DNA of 32,000 nucleotides from Candidatus Saccharimonas sp. (GTDB lineage Bacteria > Patescibacteriota > Saccharimonadia > Saccharimonadales > Saccharimonadaceae), in the NCBI GenBank assembly GCA_015256915.3, contig CP076101.2, positions 60,001-92,000 on the forward strand, in the 5' to 3' direction. Position 1 is the first letter of the stretch. Each line of letters begins with the position of its first letter. The notes under the pieces are model-generated. The model had not been told where the DNA came from and searched no databases. It saw only the letters and a list, made by a program, of their open reading frames with translations. Both the position numbers and the translations under genes were made by a program. Shown here one piece after another: positions 8,267 through 17,290 of this stretch.

Positions 8267-10516
8267 ATGGCTAAAAAACAAGTAAAATCAACAAAAGGTA
8301 AATCTAAAAAAGTTTCAGCTCCAAAACAAAGTGTTTTGCCGGCTGGTTTTTGGGCACAGGTTGGTGCAGTTATTTTGATTGCTTTTTCGCTTTTTCTTGT
8401 TTTAAGCTGGTTTGGCGCTGGTGGTTCAGCATTGGTTGCAATTCATAAAGCACTTCTTGGGCTTATGGGCTGGGCAACTTTCTTTTTGCCAGCAGTTCTA
8501 ATTTTTATTGCTGTTGAAATCTTTCGTGACGAGCAAAATAGATTTCCAATTTTAAACACTTTTGGGTTAATTCTAATTTTAATTTGGCTAAGTGGATTTT
8601 TTGGTCTATTTAAAACTTCAGCTGGTGTTCATTATGGAGGTTGGAGCGGAGAAGTTTCGAATAAAATTATGCTAGCAATGGTTAATTCAATGGTGGCAGC
8701 AATTATTTATCTTTTGTTAATTTCAATTACGCTTCTTTCGATTTTACGAGTTTCACCAATCGTTGTTATTAAAAAGATTGGCGAAATGCTTAAAACTAGC
8801 GATTTTGCAAATGAATCTAAAAATGCCAAAGTTTTTGAAAAAGCTAAAGAATCGATGTTGCTGAAAAAAGTTAATGATTCTGCTGAAGAAAAACCAGAAA
8901 TTAAGCTAAATGCTGGCGTTGCAGTATTAGATAAAAAATCGCAAGAAAAAGATGAACCAAAAGAGAAAAAAGGTTTGATGCGAATTTCAAAGAAGCTGGA
9001 AAAGGTTTCGAAAGGAGAAAATACTGGGCATATTTTTGATGATTCAAAATGGAAAGCACCAGATTTTAGTTTGCTTGAGCAATCACAAGCTCCTGCTGAT
9101 GCTGGTGATGTTGAGCAAAATGCACGCACAATTAAGAATACTTTGAGTGAATTTAATATTGAAGTTGAAATGGAAGCCGCAAATATTGGTCCAAGAGTAA
9201 CTCAATATACTTTAGTTCCGCAAAGTGGCGTTAAGTTAAGCAGAATTGAAAATCTTAGTGATAATATCGCTCTAAATTTGGCAGCTGAAGCGATTCGTGT
9301 TGAAGCTCCGATTCCAGGAAAGCGTGCAGTTGGTATTGAAATTCCAAATTTGAAGTCGGCCGATGTGCGGCTTTACAGTGTTTTAGATTCGAAGGAGTGG
9401 AAAAACTCACACGACCCACTAACTTTCGCAATAGGTAAAGATATATCTGGTCATCCTGTTGTTGGAAATTTGGCAAAAATGCCACATCTTTTGATTGCTG
9501 GTCAAACTGGTTCAGGAAAATCTGTAATGATGAATGCACTTTTAACGAGTTTGCTTTATCGCCATTCACCAAGCGAATTGAAGTTAATTATGGTTGATCC
9601 AAAAGTTGTAGAAATGACCGCGTATGAAGATATTCCACACCTTTTAACACCAATTATTAATGATTCCGAAAAAGCGCTCTCAGCTCTTCGCTGGGCAGTG
9701 AATGAAATGGAGCGGCGCTATCGTGTTTTAGCTGATGAAAAAATTAAAGAAATTAAGAGCTATAATAAGCATGTAATTTCGAAAAACGAAAAAATCAAGA
9801 AGAATACACCAGAAGGGGAAGAGCCAAAACTTCTTGAGCCTTTGCCGTATATCGTAATTGTGGTTGATGAGCTTGCTGACTTAATGATGGCGGCTTCAAA
9901 AGATGTTGAAGCTATGATTGTGCGAATTGCTCAAAAAGCACGCGCAGTTGGAATTCATCTTGTTCTTGCAACTCAAAAACCAGTTGTTAGCGTTGTGACG
10001 GGCTTGATTAAAGGTAATGTTCCGAGTCGAATTGCTTTTAAGGTTGCGGCAAATGGTGATTCTCGAACAATTCTTGATCGTGGTGGTGCTGAAAAACTCC
10101 TTGGTTATGGTGATATGCTTTTCTATATGAATGGAGCTTCTAATTTGAAGCGTGTTCAGGGAGCTTGGGTAACCGATGAGGAGGTCTTGCGGGTAACTAA
10201 TTTTATCCGTTCGCAAGGTCCGCCGCAATATAATGATGAAGTTATTTCGCAACCAGTTCAGACGCCAAGCTCAATGGGTGGTCTTGTGATGAATGGCGGT
10301 AGCTCTTCTGTTGATGAAACTTTCGAAACGGCTGTAAAAATTGTAATTGAAGCACGAAAAGCTTCAACTAGCTATTTGCAACGTAGGCTTGGAATTGGTT
10401 ATAGTCGTGCTGCAAAATTAATCGATGATATGGAAGATAAAGGAATTGTTGGTCCGCCAAACGGTTCAAAGCCTCGCGAGGTTTTAGTTTCGAGCTATGA
10501 AGAAATCGGTGAATAA
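8267..10516 (+). CDS. ftsK: DNA translocase FtsK/SpoIIIE
   Basis: N-terminal TM helices, Walker A GQTGSGKS, Walker B IVVVDELADLM, C-terminal gamma wHTH SYLQRRLGIGYSRAAKLIDDME. ATG 8267 is preferred over TTG 8261, which sits only 5 nt after the -10. Confidence 0.9.
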   Translation: MAKKQVKSTKGKSKKVSAPKQSVLPAGFWAQVGAVILIAFSLFLVLSWFGAGGSALVAIHKALLGLMGWATFFLPAVLIFIAVEIFRDEQNRFPILNTFGLILILIWLSGFFGLFKTSAGVHYGGWSGEVSNKIMLAMVNSMVAAIIYLLLISITLLSILRVSPIVVIKKIGEMLKTSDFANESKNAKVFEKAKESMLLKKVNDSAEEKPEIKLNAGVAVLDKKSQEKDEPKEKKGLMRISKKLEKVSKGENTGHIFDDSKWKAPDFSLLEQSQAPADAGDVEQNARTIKNTLSEFNIEVEMEAANIGPRVTQYTLVPQSGVKLSRIENLSDNIALNLAAEAIRVEAPIPGKRAVGIEIPNLKSADVRLYSVLDSKEWKNSHDPLTFAIGKDISGHPVVGNLAKMPHLLIAGQTGSGKSVMMNALLTSLLYRHSPSELKLIMVDPKVVEMTAYEDIPHLLTPIINDSEKALSALRWAVNEMERRYRVLADEKIKEIKSYNKHVISKNEKIKKNTPEGEEPKLLEPLPYIVIVVDELADLMMAASKDVEAMIVRIAQKARAVGIHLVLATQKPVVSVVTGLIKGNVPSRIAFKVAANGDSRTILDRGGAEKLLGYGDMLFYMNGASNLKRVQGAWVTDEEVLRVTNFIRSQGPPQYNDEVISQPVQTPSSMGGLVMNGGSSSVDETFETAVKIVIEARKASTSYLQRRLGIGYSRAAKLIDDMEDKGIVGPPNGSKPREVLVSSYEEIGE

Positions 10517-10537
10517 TTTGCCGATTTTTTTATTTTC
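10504..10537 (+). terminator. rho-independent terminator (ftsK stop codon in the loop)
   Basis: AAATCGG (10504-10510) pairs with CCGATTT (10522-10528), followed by a T-run. Confidence 0.7.
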
Positions 10538-10606
10538 TAATAATATTTTGATAGACTCTTAAAGTTAAATAAATATTGGAGTTTTATTGATTTTTTTCTC
10601 TAAAGA

Positions 10607-10615
10607 TGATATAAT
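10607..10615 (+). promoter_or_regulatory. extended -10 promoter TGATATAAT for the rpsF operon (about 55-nt leader)
   Basis: Sequence match. A true SD, AAAGGAG, precedes ATG 10674. Confidence 0.6.
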
Positions 10616-10673
10616 TTAAAAGAATATTAGCTCAGCTTATTTGAAAGGATAGGCTTTAACCAAAGGAGTAAAA

Positions 10674-10985
10674 ATGAAGGATTACGAACTTACAGTTCTT
10701 GTTCATCCAGACTTCGAAAGTGATCTTGAAAAAGTGCTTGATAAGGTTCGAAGTTTGATTACTGCTAACGGCGGTGAAATTGCAAAAGAAGACAACTGGG
10801 GTAAGAAAAAACTTGCTTACGCTATTAAAGGTCAGGATTTTGCAATTTATGCTGCAATGGATGTTAAACTTCCAGCTGCTGCACCCCTAAAAATCAGTAA
10901 TACTTTGAACATTACCGACGAAGTTTTGCGATATTTGCTTGTTAAAGCAGAAGCACGACCAGTTGTAGAATCAGAAGAAAAATAA
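10674..10985 (+). CDS. rpsF: 30S ribosomal protein S6
   Basis: MKDYELTVLVHPD...WGKKKLAYAI pattern. rpsF-ssb-rpsR synteny. Confidence 0.9.
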   Translation: MKDYELTVLVHPDFESDLEKVLDKVRSLITANGGEIAKEDNWGKKKLAYAIKGQDFAIYAAMDVKLPAAAPLKISNTLNITDEVLRYLLVKAEARPVVESEEK

Positions 10986-11010
10986 TTTAAGAATAGGATA
11001 GAAGATAGTT

Positions 11011-11442
11011 ATGGCTTTTAACAAAGTAATTTTGATGGGAAACTTAACTGCAGACCCAGAACTTCGAACAACTCCAAACGGCCAAAATCTTGCAAGTTTC
11101 ACTCTTGCTATTAACCGAACTTGGAATAGTACTAACGGTGAGCGCCAAGAAGAAACCAGCTTCATTAACTGTACTGCTTGGGGTAAAACTGGCGAAACGA
11201 TTTCGAAATATGTATCGAAAGGTCGCCAACTACTTGTGAGCGGTCGTTTGCAGCAACGAACTTGGCAAGATAAAGATACTGGCAAAAATCGAAGTGCGAT
11301 TGATGTTGTGGTTGAAGAATTTAGCTTTGTGAGTGATGGAAATCGCAGTGGAAGCGCGCCTTCAGTACAAAAAAATGAAGAGCCAACTATCAGCGATGAC
11401 TTTTCGGACGAGCCAATCGACCTATCCGATATTCCATTCTAA
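11011..11442 (+). CDS. ssb: single-stranded DNA-binding protein
   Basis: OB-fold N-terminus NKVILMGNLTADPELR. Acidic C-terminal tip DLSDIPF. Confidence 0.9.
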   Translation: MAFNKVILMGNLTADPELRTTPNGQNLASFTLAINRTWNSTNGERQEETSFINCTAWGKTGETISKYVSKGRQLLVSGRLQQRTWQDKDTGKNRSAIDVVVEEFSFVSDGNRSGSAPSVQKNEEPTISDDFSDEPIDLSDIPF

Positions 11443-11459
11443 TTTAATTAAGGAGTAAA

Positions 11460-11660
11460 ATGGCTAAACGATTTAAACGAGAAATCCCAGCGTATTTTGA
11501 TTACCGAGATGTTAAAACTTTGCAAAAATTTGTTAACATTTATGGTCAAATTGAGCCAGCTACAAAAACTGGTTTGAGCGCTAAACAACAACGACAATTG
11601 ACAGTTGCTATCAAACGAGCTCGTCATTTGGCGTTGCTAGCATTCGTAACAAATGCTTAA
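11460..11660 (+). CDS. rpsR: 30S ribosomal protein S18
   Basis: [14 protein letters not shown]...[30 protein letters not shown] upstream. Confidence 0.9.
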   Translation: MAKRFKREIPAYFDYRDVKTLQKFVNIYGQIEPATKTGLSAKQQRQLTVAIKRARHLALLAFVTNA

Positions 11661-11670
11661 TTGATTTTTG

Positions 11671-11712
11671 AATCTTCCTTGCTCAAAACCGGGTAGGGAA
11701 GATTTATTTTTT
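11671..11712 (+). terminator. rho-independent terminator
   Basis: AATCTTCC (11671-11678) pairs with GGAAGATT (11697-11704), followed by a T-run. Confidence 0.75.
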
Positions 11713-11732
11713 AAAATAATTTAAGGAGGAAA

Positions 11733-12293
11733 ATGTATCAGCCAACTGATTTAAAAAAAGGTGTAGTTTTTCAGCTTGATGGTCAGCCATATCGAGTGGT
11801 TGAATATAACCAAAAAGTTGTTGGTCGCGGTGGAAGCATTGTAAGTTTAAAAATTAAGAACCTTATTACAGGAGCTTTATTACCAAAAACTTTTAAGGGC
11901 CAAGATAAAGTTGAACCGGCAGAGGTTTCGAATAAAAAAGTTCAATATCTCTATAATGACGGTAAAGATTTTCATTTTATGGATCCAGAGACTTTTGAAC
12001 AATTTCAGCTTTCGAAGGAAATTATTGATGAAGCTGCTGGATATTTAAAAGAAGCAGAAGAATTGAATTTGCAATTTTTTGATGGTAAGGTTATCAATGT
12101 TGAGTTACCAAAAAATGTTTGGTTGAAAGTTGTTTATACTGAAAATGTGGTAAAGGGTGATACAACTTCAAGCGTTTTGAAAGATGCTGAACTTGAAACT
12201 GGAATTACAGTTAAAGTACCTGCCTTTATTAAGGAAAATGATGTTATTTCTGTCGATACTTCAACTGGTGAATATCGAGAACGCCAAAAATAA
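11733..12293 (+). CDS. efp: elongation factor P
   Basis: 186 aa. N-terminal LKKGVVFQLDGQPYRVVEY...GRGG loop. SD AAGGAGG upstream. Confidence 0.9.
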   Translation: MYQPTDLKKGVVFQLDGQPYRVVEYNQKVVGRGGSIVSLKIKNLITGALLPKTFKGQDKVEPAEVSNKKVQYLYNDGKDFHFMDPETFEQFQLSKEIIDEAAGYLKEAEELNLQFFDGKVINVELPKNVWLKVVYTENVVKGDTTSSVLKDAELETGITVKVPAFIKENDVISVDTSTGEYRERQK

Positions 12294-12310
12294 TTAATGT
12301 TATTATTAAG

Positions 12311-12348
12311 AAATAAGCTGAGATTTTAATAATCAGCTTATTTTTATT
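12311..12348 (+). terminator. rho-independent terminator
   Basis: AAATAAGCTGA pairs with TCAGCTTATTT (9-11 bp), followed by a T-run. Confidence 0.8.
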
Positions 12349-12397
12349 GTATAAAAAAATTGAACAATAAGCCTGTATATATTTTTAAGATGAAATG

Positions 12398-12406
12398 TGG
12401 TATAAT
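12398..12406 (+). promoter_or_regulatory. extended -10 promoter TGGTATAAT, 7 nt upstream of GTG 12414
   Basis: Lies inside the 5' extension of track ORF 12360-13136. Confidence 0.55.
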
Positions 12407-12413
12407 ATACAAT

Positions 12414-13136
12414 GTGAAAACTAGACTAGACATTTTATTAACTCAAAAAAAGATAGTTGATAGCCGTTCTCAGGCTGAGAGCTATATTAAACTGGGTAAA
12501 GTTTTTGTTGATGGCATAAAAAGGACTAAGCCTGGATTTTTTACTAATATTGATTCGGAGATAAAGCTTCTTCAAGAGGTTCAATATGTTTCAAGAGCAG
12601 GTCTCAAGCTTGAAAGTGTTGCAAAAATAATGAAAATCAATTTTAAAGATAAAGTTGTCTTAGATGTTGGTTCAAGTACTGGTGGATTTACGGATTACTC
12701 ATTGAGAAATGGTGCAAAAAAAGTTATTGCTATCGATGTTGGTACAAACCAGCTTCATCCAAAGTTAAGATTGAATAAAAAAGTTGAACTTCATGAAAAA
12801 ACAGATATAAGAGATTTTAACACGAGTCAAAAAATTGATTTAGTTGTTATTGATGTTAGTTTTATATCTATAAAAGAAATTTTGCCAAGTGTTACAAAAT
12901 TATCTAATAACGATACACTAATAATTGCAATGGTTAAGCCGCAATTTGAAGCAGGTAGAAATGGAACTACTAACGGCATCGTTAAAAATAATTCATATCG
13001 AAGAAGAATACTTCAAGAATTCGAAAATTGGTGTCGTATAAATAATTTATACATAAAAGATAAACGAGATAGTGGAGTAAAAGGCTCTAAAGGTAATCAA
13101 GAGAGATTTTATATTCTGAAAGTATTGAATAAATAA
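12414..13136 (+). CDS. tlyA: TlyA-family rRNA 2'-O-methyltransferase (hemolysin A-like)
   Basis: S4-like N-terminus KTRLDILLTQKKIVDSRSQAESYIKLGKVFVDG. SAM motif VLDVGSSTGGFTD. The start choice (GTG 12414) is inference from the promoter position and family N-termini. Confidence 0.75.
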   Translation: MKTRLDILLTQKKIVDSRSQAESYIKLGKVFVDGIKRTKPGFFTNIDSEIKLLQEVQYVSRAGLKLESVAKIMKINFKDKVVLDVGSSTGGFTDYSLRNGAKKVIAIDVGTNQLHPKLRLNKKVELHEKTDIRDFNTSQKIDLVVIDVSFISIKEILPSVTKLSNNDTLIIAMVKPQFEAGRNGTTNGIVKNNSYRRRILQEFENWCRINNLYIKDKRDSGVKGSKGNQERFYILKVLNK

Positions 13137-13148
13137 TTTATACAAAAT

Positions 13149-13180
13149 AAAAAACCACAAAACGTTGTATGTGGTTTTTT
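13149..13180. terminator. bidirectional terminator between convergent tlyA and ychF
   Basis: AAAAAACCACA pairs with TGTGGTTTTTT, giving A/T runs on both sides. Confidence 0.75.
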
Positions 13181-13186
13181 ATTATC

Positions 13187-14263
13187 TTAAACGTTAAACC
13201 TAAATTCAACAACATCATTTGGTGACATAATATATTCTTTGCCTTCAGTTCGAATTTTTCCACGATTCTTTGCTTCAAGCTCACTTCCAGCTTCAATTAA
13301 ATCGTTAAAGTCGATAACTTGTGCAGCAATAAAACCTCTTTCGAAATCTGTATGAATTACTCCTGCAGCTTGTGGGGCTGTCCATCCTTTCTTGATCGTC
13401 CAGGCATGAACTTCTTTTGGCCCTGCTGTCATATAACTTTGTAGCCCAAGTGTGTCATAGGCAGCATGAACCATCTGATTTAAGCCAGTTTCTTGAACTC
13501 CGTAGCTTTCGAGTAAATCTTTTGAATCTTCCTCACTTAAACCTTTTAGCTCTTCCTCTAACTTAGCGCATACAAATATTGACTTTGCAGGAAGAACTAT
13601 TTTTGAAAGTTCTTCTTTTTTAGCTCCATCGGTTAAAGTATTTTCATCAACATTGAATGCATAAATTACGGGTTTTGCGGTTAGTAAATGTAAATCTTGG
13701 ATTGCTTCGTAATCTAAATCTTCTATTGAAGAGAGAAGAACTCCGGCCTGAAGTTGTTCAACTAATTTGTTCAAGTATTCAGCTTGTTTTCGAAGAGCTG
13801 GTTTTGCCTTTGCTTCTTTTTGGAGTTTGGGCAAGCGGTTTTCGATAGTTTGAATATCTGCTAAAATTAACTCAGTATTAATAACCTCAATGTCATTTTT
13901 TGGATTGACTTCGTTCGAAACATGAACAATATCATTGTTCACGAAAGCTCGAACAATATGAACAATTGCGTCACATTGGCGAATATTTGCGAGAAATTTA
14001 TTACCTAAACCTTCACCTTTCGAAGCTCCTGAAACTAGCCCGGCAATATCAACAAAAGTTACTGTTGCTGGAATAATTTTTTGTGATCCGTAAATTTCAG
14101 CTAATTTATTTAAGCGTGAATCTGGTACTGGCACAATTCCAGTATTTGGCTCAATTGTTGCAAAAGGGTAATTTGCTGCTAAAATATCATTATTAGTTAG
14201 TGCGTTAAATAGTGTTGATTTGCCGACATTTGGTAGTCCAACAATTCCAATTGATAAACTCAT
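13187..14263 (-). CDS. ychF: ribosome-binding ATPase YchF (Obg-like GTPase family)
   Basis: G1 [19 protein letters not shown]-terminal TGS-like end. 358 aa. Confidence 0.9.
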   Translation of the reverse strand: MSLSIGIVGLPNVGKSTLFNALTNNDILAANYPFATIEPNTGIVPVPDSRLNKLAEIYGSQKIIPATVTFVDIAGLVSGASKGEGLGNKFLANIRQCDAIVHIVRAFVNNDIVHVSNEVNPKNDIEVINTELILADIQTIENRLPKLQKEAKAKPALRKQAEYLNKLVEQLQAGVLLSSIEDLDYEAIQDLHLLTAKPVIYAFNVDENTLTDGAKKEELSKIVLPAKSIFVCAKLEEELKGLSEEDSKDLLESYGVQETGLNQMVHAAYDTLGLQSYMTAGPKEVHAWTIKKGWTAPQAAGVIHTDFERGFIAAQVIDFNDLIEAGSELEAKNRGKIRTEGKEYIMSPNDVVEFRFNV

Positions 14264-14287
14264 AAAATCTCCTTTTAGTATCTTTTT

Positions 14288-14296
14288 ATTTTAACA
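14288..14296 (-). promoter_or_regulatory. extended -10 promoter TGTTAAAAT for ychF (leader with SD AAAGGAG)
   Basis: The reverse complement of 14288-14296 is TGTTAAAAT. Divergent from the pilM promoter. Confidence 0.55.
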
Positions 14297-14347
14297 TAAA
14301 AGTTTGTAAAATAAAAATAAAAAAGCTTGATTTTTCAATTACGTTTA

Positions 14348-14356
14348 TGTTAAAAT
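14348..14356 (+). promoter_or_regulatory. extended -10 promoter TGTTAAAAT, 6 nt upstream of the pilM ATG (leaderless)
   Basis: Nearly identical in sequence to the dnaG promoter cassette. Confidence 0.6.
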
Positions 14357-14362
14357 ATAGGC

Positions 14363-15412
14363 ATGATTAATATTAAAGGTGTGGGCGATTTCTTCTCGTT
14401 AGATATTGGAACAAATGCGATTCGTGCTGTCCAGCTTTCGAAAGCTGGAGAGAATTCTTGGAATTTGGTTGGCCTCGGTTATACACCAGTCGACCCTCAA
14501 TTGGTTTTGAGTAATTCGGATGAAAGCCGTCGTCGTTTGGGGGAAATTATCTCAACAATGATCGGACAGAGCGATATTAAAACAAAAAATGTAGCGATTA
14601 GTCTTACGTCCCAGAAGACATTCACGACAATTTTCGAAGTACCAAAACAGGATATGAGAGAATTACAAAAAAACATAAAATATCAAGTTGATCAGTATAT
14701 TCCAATGGCGGTTGATGACGCTCAAGTCGACTGGGCTCTTCTTGGAGAATCTCCTTCTAACCCTGATTCATTGGAGATTTTACTTGCAAGTACAGCTAAA
14801 ACTTATAGTGAAGAAAAGATGGAATTTATTGAAGGTCTAGGCTTGAATGTAGTTGCGAGCGAACCTGATTCTTTAGCAATGACTCGTGCTTTATTTATGC
14901 CTAACCAATCCGATCAGGCTCAGCTAATTATTGATATGGGTGAGCTTTCTACTGATTTATCTATTGTATATCAAGGTGTTCCAAGGCTTGTTCGTACAAT
15001 TCCTACTGGAATATCAAGCTTGGTGAAATCTGCTACTCAAAATTTGAATATTAAAGAAGATCAAGCTCGACAATTTATTATGAAATTCGGCTTAGCCCAA
15101 GATAAACTAGAGGGTCAGGTTTTTAGAGCTATCGAAATGACTCTTGAGAATTTCGTTCAAGAAATTGCTAAATCAATAAAATTTTTAGGAACAAAATACC
15201 AAAATGCTCAAGTTGGGGTAATTTCACTTTCAGGATTTTCTGGAATTATTCCACAAATGCCAGAATATGTTTCTTCGAAAACTGGAATTCAGTCTTATTC
15301 CGCAAATCCTTTCCAAAATATTAATGTTCCTGCGAAATATCAGCAGCAGATTGCAGGTGTTGGAAATGAATTTGCGGTCGCTGTCGGTTTAGCTGAAAGG
15401 AGTAACAAATAA
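14363..15412 (+). CDS. pilM: type IV pilus assembly protein PilM (actin-like ATPase fold)
   Basis: N-terminal FSLDIGTNAIRAVQL. About 350 aa. Directly followed by pilN. Confidence 0.8.
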   Translation: MINIKGVGDFFSLDIGTNAIRAVQLSKAGENSWNLVGLGYTPVDPQLVLSNSDESRRRLGEIISTMIGQSDIKTKNVAISLTSQKTFTTIFEVPKQDMRELQKNIKYQVDQYIPMAVDDAQVDWALLGESPSNPDSLEILLASTAKTYSEEKMEFIEGLGLNVVASEPDSLAMTRALFMPNQSDQAQLIIDMGELSTDLSIVYQGVPRLVRTIPTGISSLVKSATQNLNIKEDQARQFIMKFGLAQDKLEGQVFRAIEMTLENFVQEIAKSIKFLGTKYQNAQVGVISLSGFSGIIPQMPEYVSSKTGIQSYSANPFQNINVPAKYQQQIAGVGNEFAVAVGLAERSNK

Positions 15413-16179
15413 TGATTGAAATTAACCTTTTGCCAGATGTTAAACGCGATCTTATTAAAGCTCAGCAACTTCGAAATATAGTTACTTTCGTATCTATAAT
15501 TATTGGTGGTGTGATGCTTGCTGGAGTGGTTTTATTGTTCTTAACAACTCAAGGTCAGCAATTTGTTATGGGCTTAAAAACCAATGATATCTCAAACAAA
15601 TTTGCTGAGATGCAAAAAATTAAAGATGGGGAAACAGCGGCTACTCTTCGAAATCAGCTTAATGCAATTCAAAAAATTAGAAATGCTTCGCCAGATACCT
15701 CACGATTGATCGGAACAATTCTACCGGCAATTCAGACTACCGGTGAAAACGCTGTTCAGTTTTCTTCAGTGAATTACGACCCTGAAACTCGAATCGTTTC
15801 AATTGAAGGTCAAGCAAGTAATGGTTTTCCAGCCCTTGAAGCTTTTATTAAAACAATTAAATATTCACAAATTATCTATGATGGTGAAGGCTCTCAATGT
15901 AAGGCTAGTGAAGTCGAAAAAGATGCTAATATCTGTATGCTTGCTGATGAAGGGTCAGTTGTTCGAAATGAAAGTTCGCTTGGAGCTAATGAACAAGGCC
16001 AAAATGTTTTGCGTTTCACTGTTAGCTTTAAATTGAACGAAGCAGCTTTGAAATTTTCTTCGAAAAACTTTGCGGTAAAAGCTCTTGGTCGAAAGAATGT
16101 AACAGACTCAACTATTCAGGTTCCTGCTGGAATTTTTACTCAAAATTCAAAAAAAGATTCTGAAAAGGAGAATAAATAA
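15412..16179 (+). CDS. pilN: PilN-like pilus assembly protein
   Basis: N-terminal MIEINLLPD signature, then one TM helix. TAATG coupling to pilM. Confidence 0.65.
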   Translation: MIEINLLPDVKRDLIKAQQLRNIVTFVSIIIGGVMLAGVVLLFLTTQGQQFVMGLKTNDISNKFAEMQKIKDGETAATLRNQLNAIQKIRNASPDTSRLIGTILPAIQTTGENAVQFSSVNYDPETRIVSIEGQASNGFPALEAFIKTIKYSQIIYDGEGSQCKASEVEKDANICMLADEGSVVRNESSLGANEQGQNVLRFTVSFKLNEAALKFSSKNFAVKALGRKNVTDSTIQVPAGIFTQNSKKDSEKENK

Positions 16180-17045
16180 TGGGTGAAAATAAAGAAGTAG
16201 CTTTTTTGAAGCGAAATGCCATTAATAAGGCTAACCAAACAATGTTTTTGGCGGTTGCGGGCGCTGCTTTAATTGCTGGCGCATCTGTTGTTGGAATGAT
16301 TTATCTTTTTAGGATTTTTACATTTAATTCTAAAGTTCTTGGTGAACAAGATAAAAGTATTTCAACAATTCAAAAAAATATCCAAAATATTGAAGATTTA
16401 AAGAGTAAGTTAAGTTCATTAGAAACCGATCCGAATCTTAATGAGCGAAAATTGAAATCTAATGCCGAAGATGGTGGTTTGCGCGTTATTGCTGATGCCT
16501 TGCCTGATAGCGAGAATGCTGCCGCTCTTGCAGCTAGCCTTGAAAAGAATATTTTTTCTGAAGGCGTAACTCTTGATTCTTTTAGTATTGACTCTGCTGA
16601 TTCTGCAAACAAAAGTCTTTCAGGTTCAAGCTCAGCGTCAAATTCTTCTAGTTCATCAGTAACTAGCGGTGTTCAAGATTCAAATAAAATTCCAGAAGGT
16701 GTGAAAGATATTCAATTTTCAGCAACAATTTCTGCAGGTTTTCAGGGTGAAGGCTCAAATTCAGCGCGAGTCGCTAAATCTCAAGATGAAGCACTTAATA
16801 ATCTAATTAATACTGTTCGAAAGATGGAAAGATCAATTCGATCAATAAATATTACGAGTTTTAAATTCGAGCGTTCACTTAACCGATTTAGTCTTAACTT
16901 TTCTGCGAAATCCTACTATTATCCTAAATATACAATGAAGCTTGAAAGTAAGAAAGTTAAAGCAGACGAAACTGCAAAGCCAGCAACTTCTACAACTGGA
17001 ACTGGTAAAACTCAAAACTCAAGCACTACGGGAGGATCGAAATAA
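16179..17045 (+). CDS. PilO-like bitopic membrane protein with Ser-rich linker (assignment by position and topology only)
   Basis: N-terminal TM, predicted coiled-coil segment, SGSSSASNSSSSS linker. Sits between pilN and pilB. Confidence 0.4.
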   Translation: MGENKEVAFLKRNAINKANQTMFLAVAGAALIAGASVVGMIYLFRIFTFNSKVLGEQDKSISTIQKNIQNIEDLKSKLSSLETDPNLNERKLKSNAEDGGLRVIADALPDSENAAALAASLEKNIFSEGVTLDSFSIDSADSANKSLSGSSSASNSSSSSVTSGVQDSNKIPEGVKDIQFSATISAGFQGEGSNSARVAKSQDEALNNLINTVRKMERSIRSINITSFKFERSLNRFSLNFSAKSYYYPKYTMKLESKKVKADETAKPATSTTGTGKTQNSSTTGGSK

Positions 17046-17263
17046 TGAAAAAAACTGATATTGCGATGATTGTTTTGATTGCGGGCTTTAGCGTTTTGAT
17101 TTCATATTTAGTTATTAACTCTTTGGCTCAGGGTGGATTTTCTGAGCAAACTTATGATGTTAAAATTACTGAACCAATTTCGAACGAATATGTAAAACCA
17201 AGTAGTGAAATTTTTAATAAGGATGCTATCAATCCAACGGTTCAAGTTAATATTGGACAATAA
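17045..17263 (+). CDS. small single-TM protein in the pilus operon
   Basis: 72-aa ORF. SD GGGAGG upstream. TM IAMIVLIAGFSVLISYLVI. Confidence 0.45.
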   Translation: MKKTDIAMIVLIAGFSVLISYLVINSLAQGGFSEQTYDVKITEPISNEYVKPSSEIFNKDAINPTVQVNIGQ

Positions 17264-17290
17264 ATATTAAATAATTCAAAAAGGAATGTA

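Noticed and set aside
14289-14355. dif-like site: TTATGTTAAAA resembles the XerD arm of dif, with its reverse complement 45 nt away; also seen at 2545
   Set aside because: The arms are separated by about 45 nt instead of 6. The same sequence recurs as the -10 region of several promoters, so it is explained as divergent promoters.
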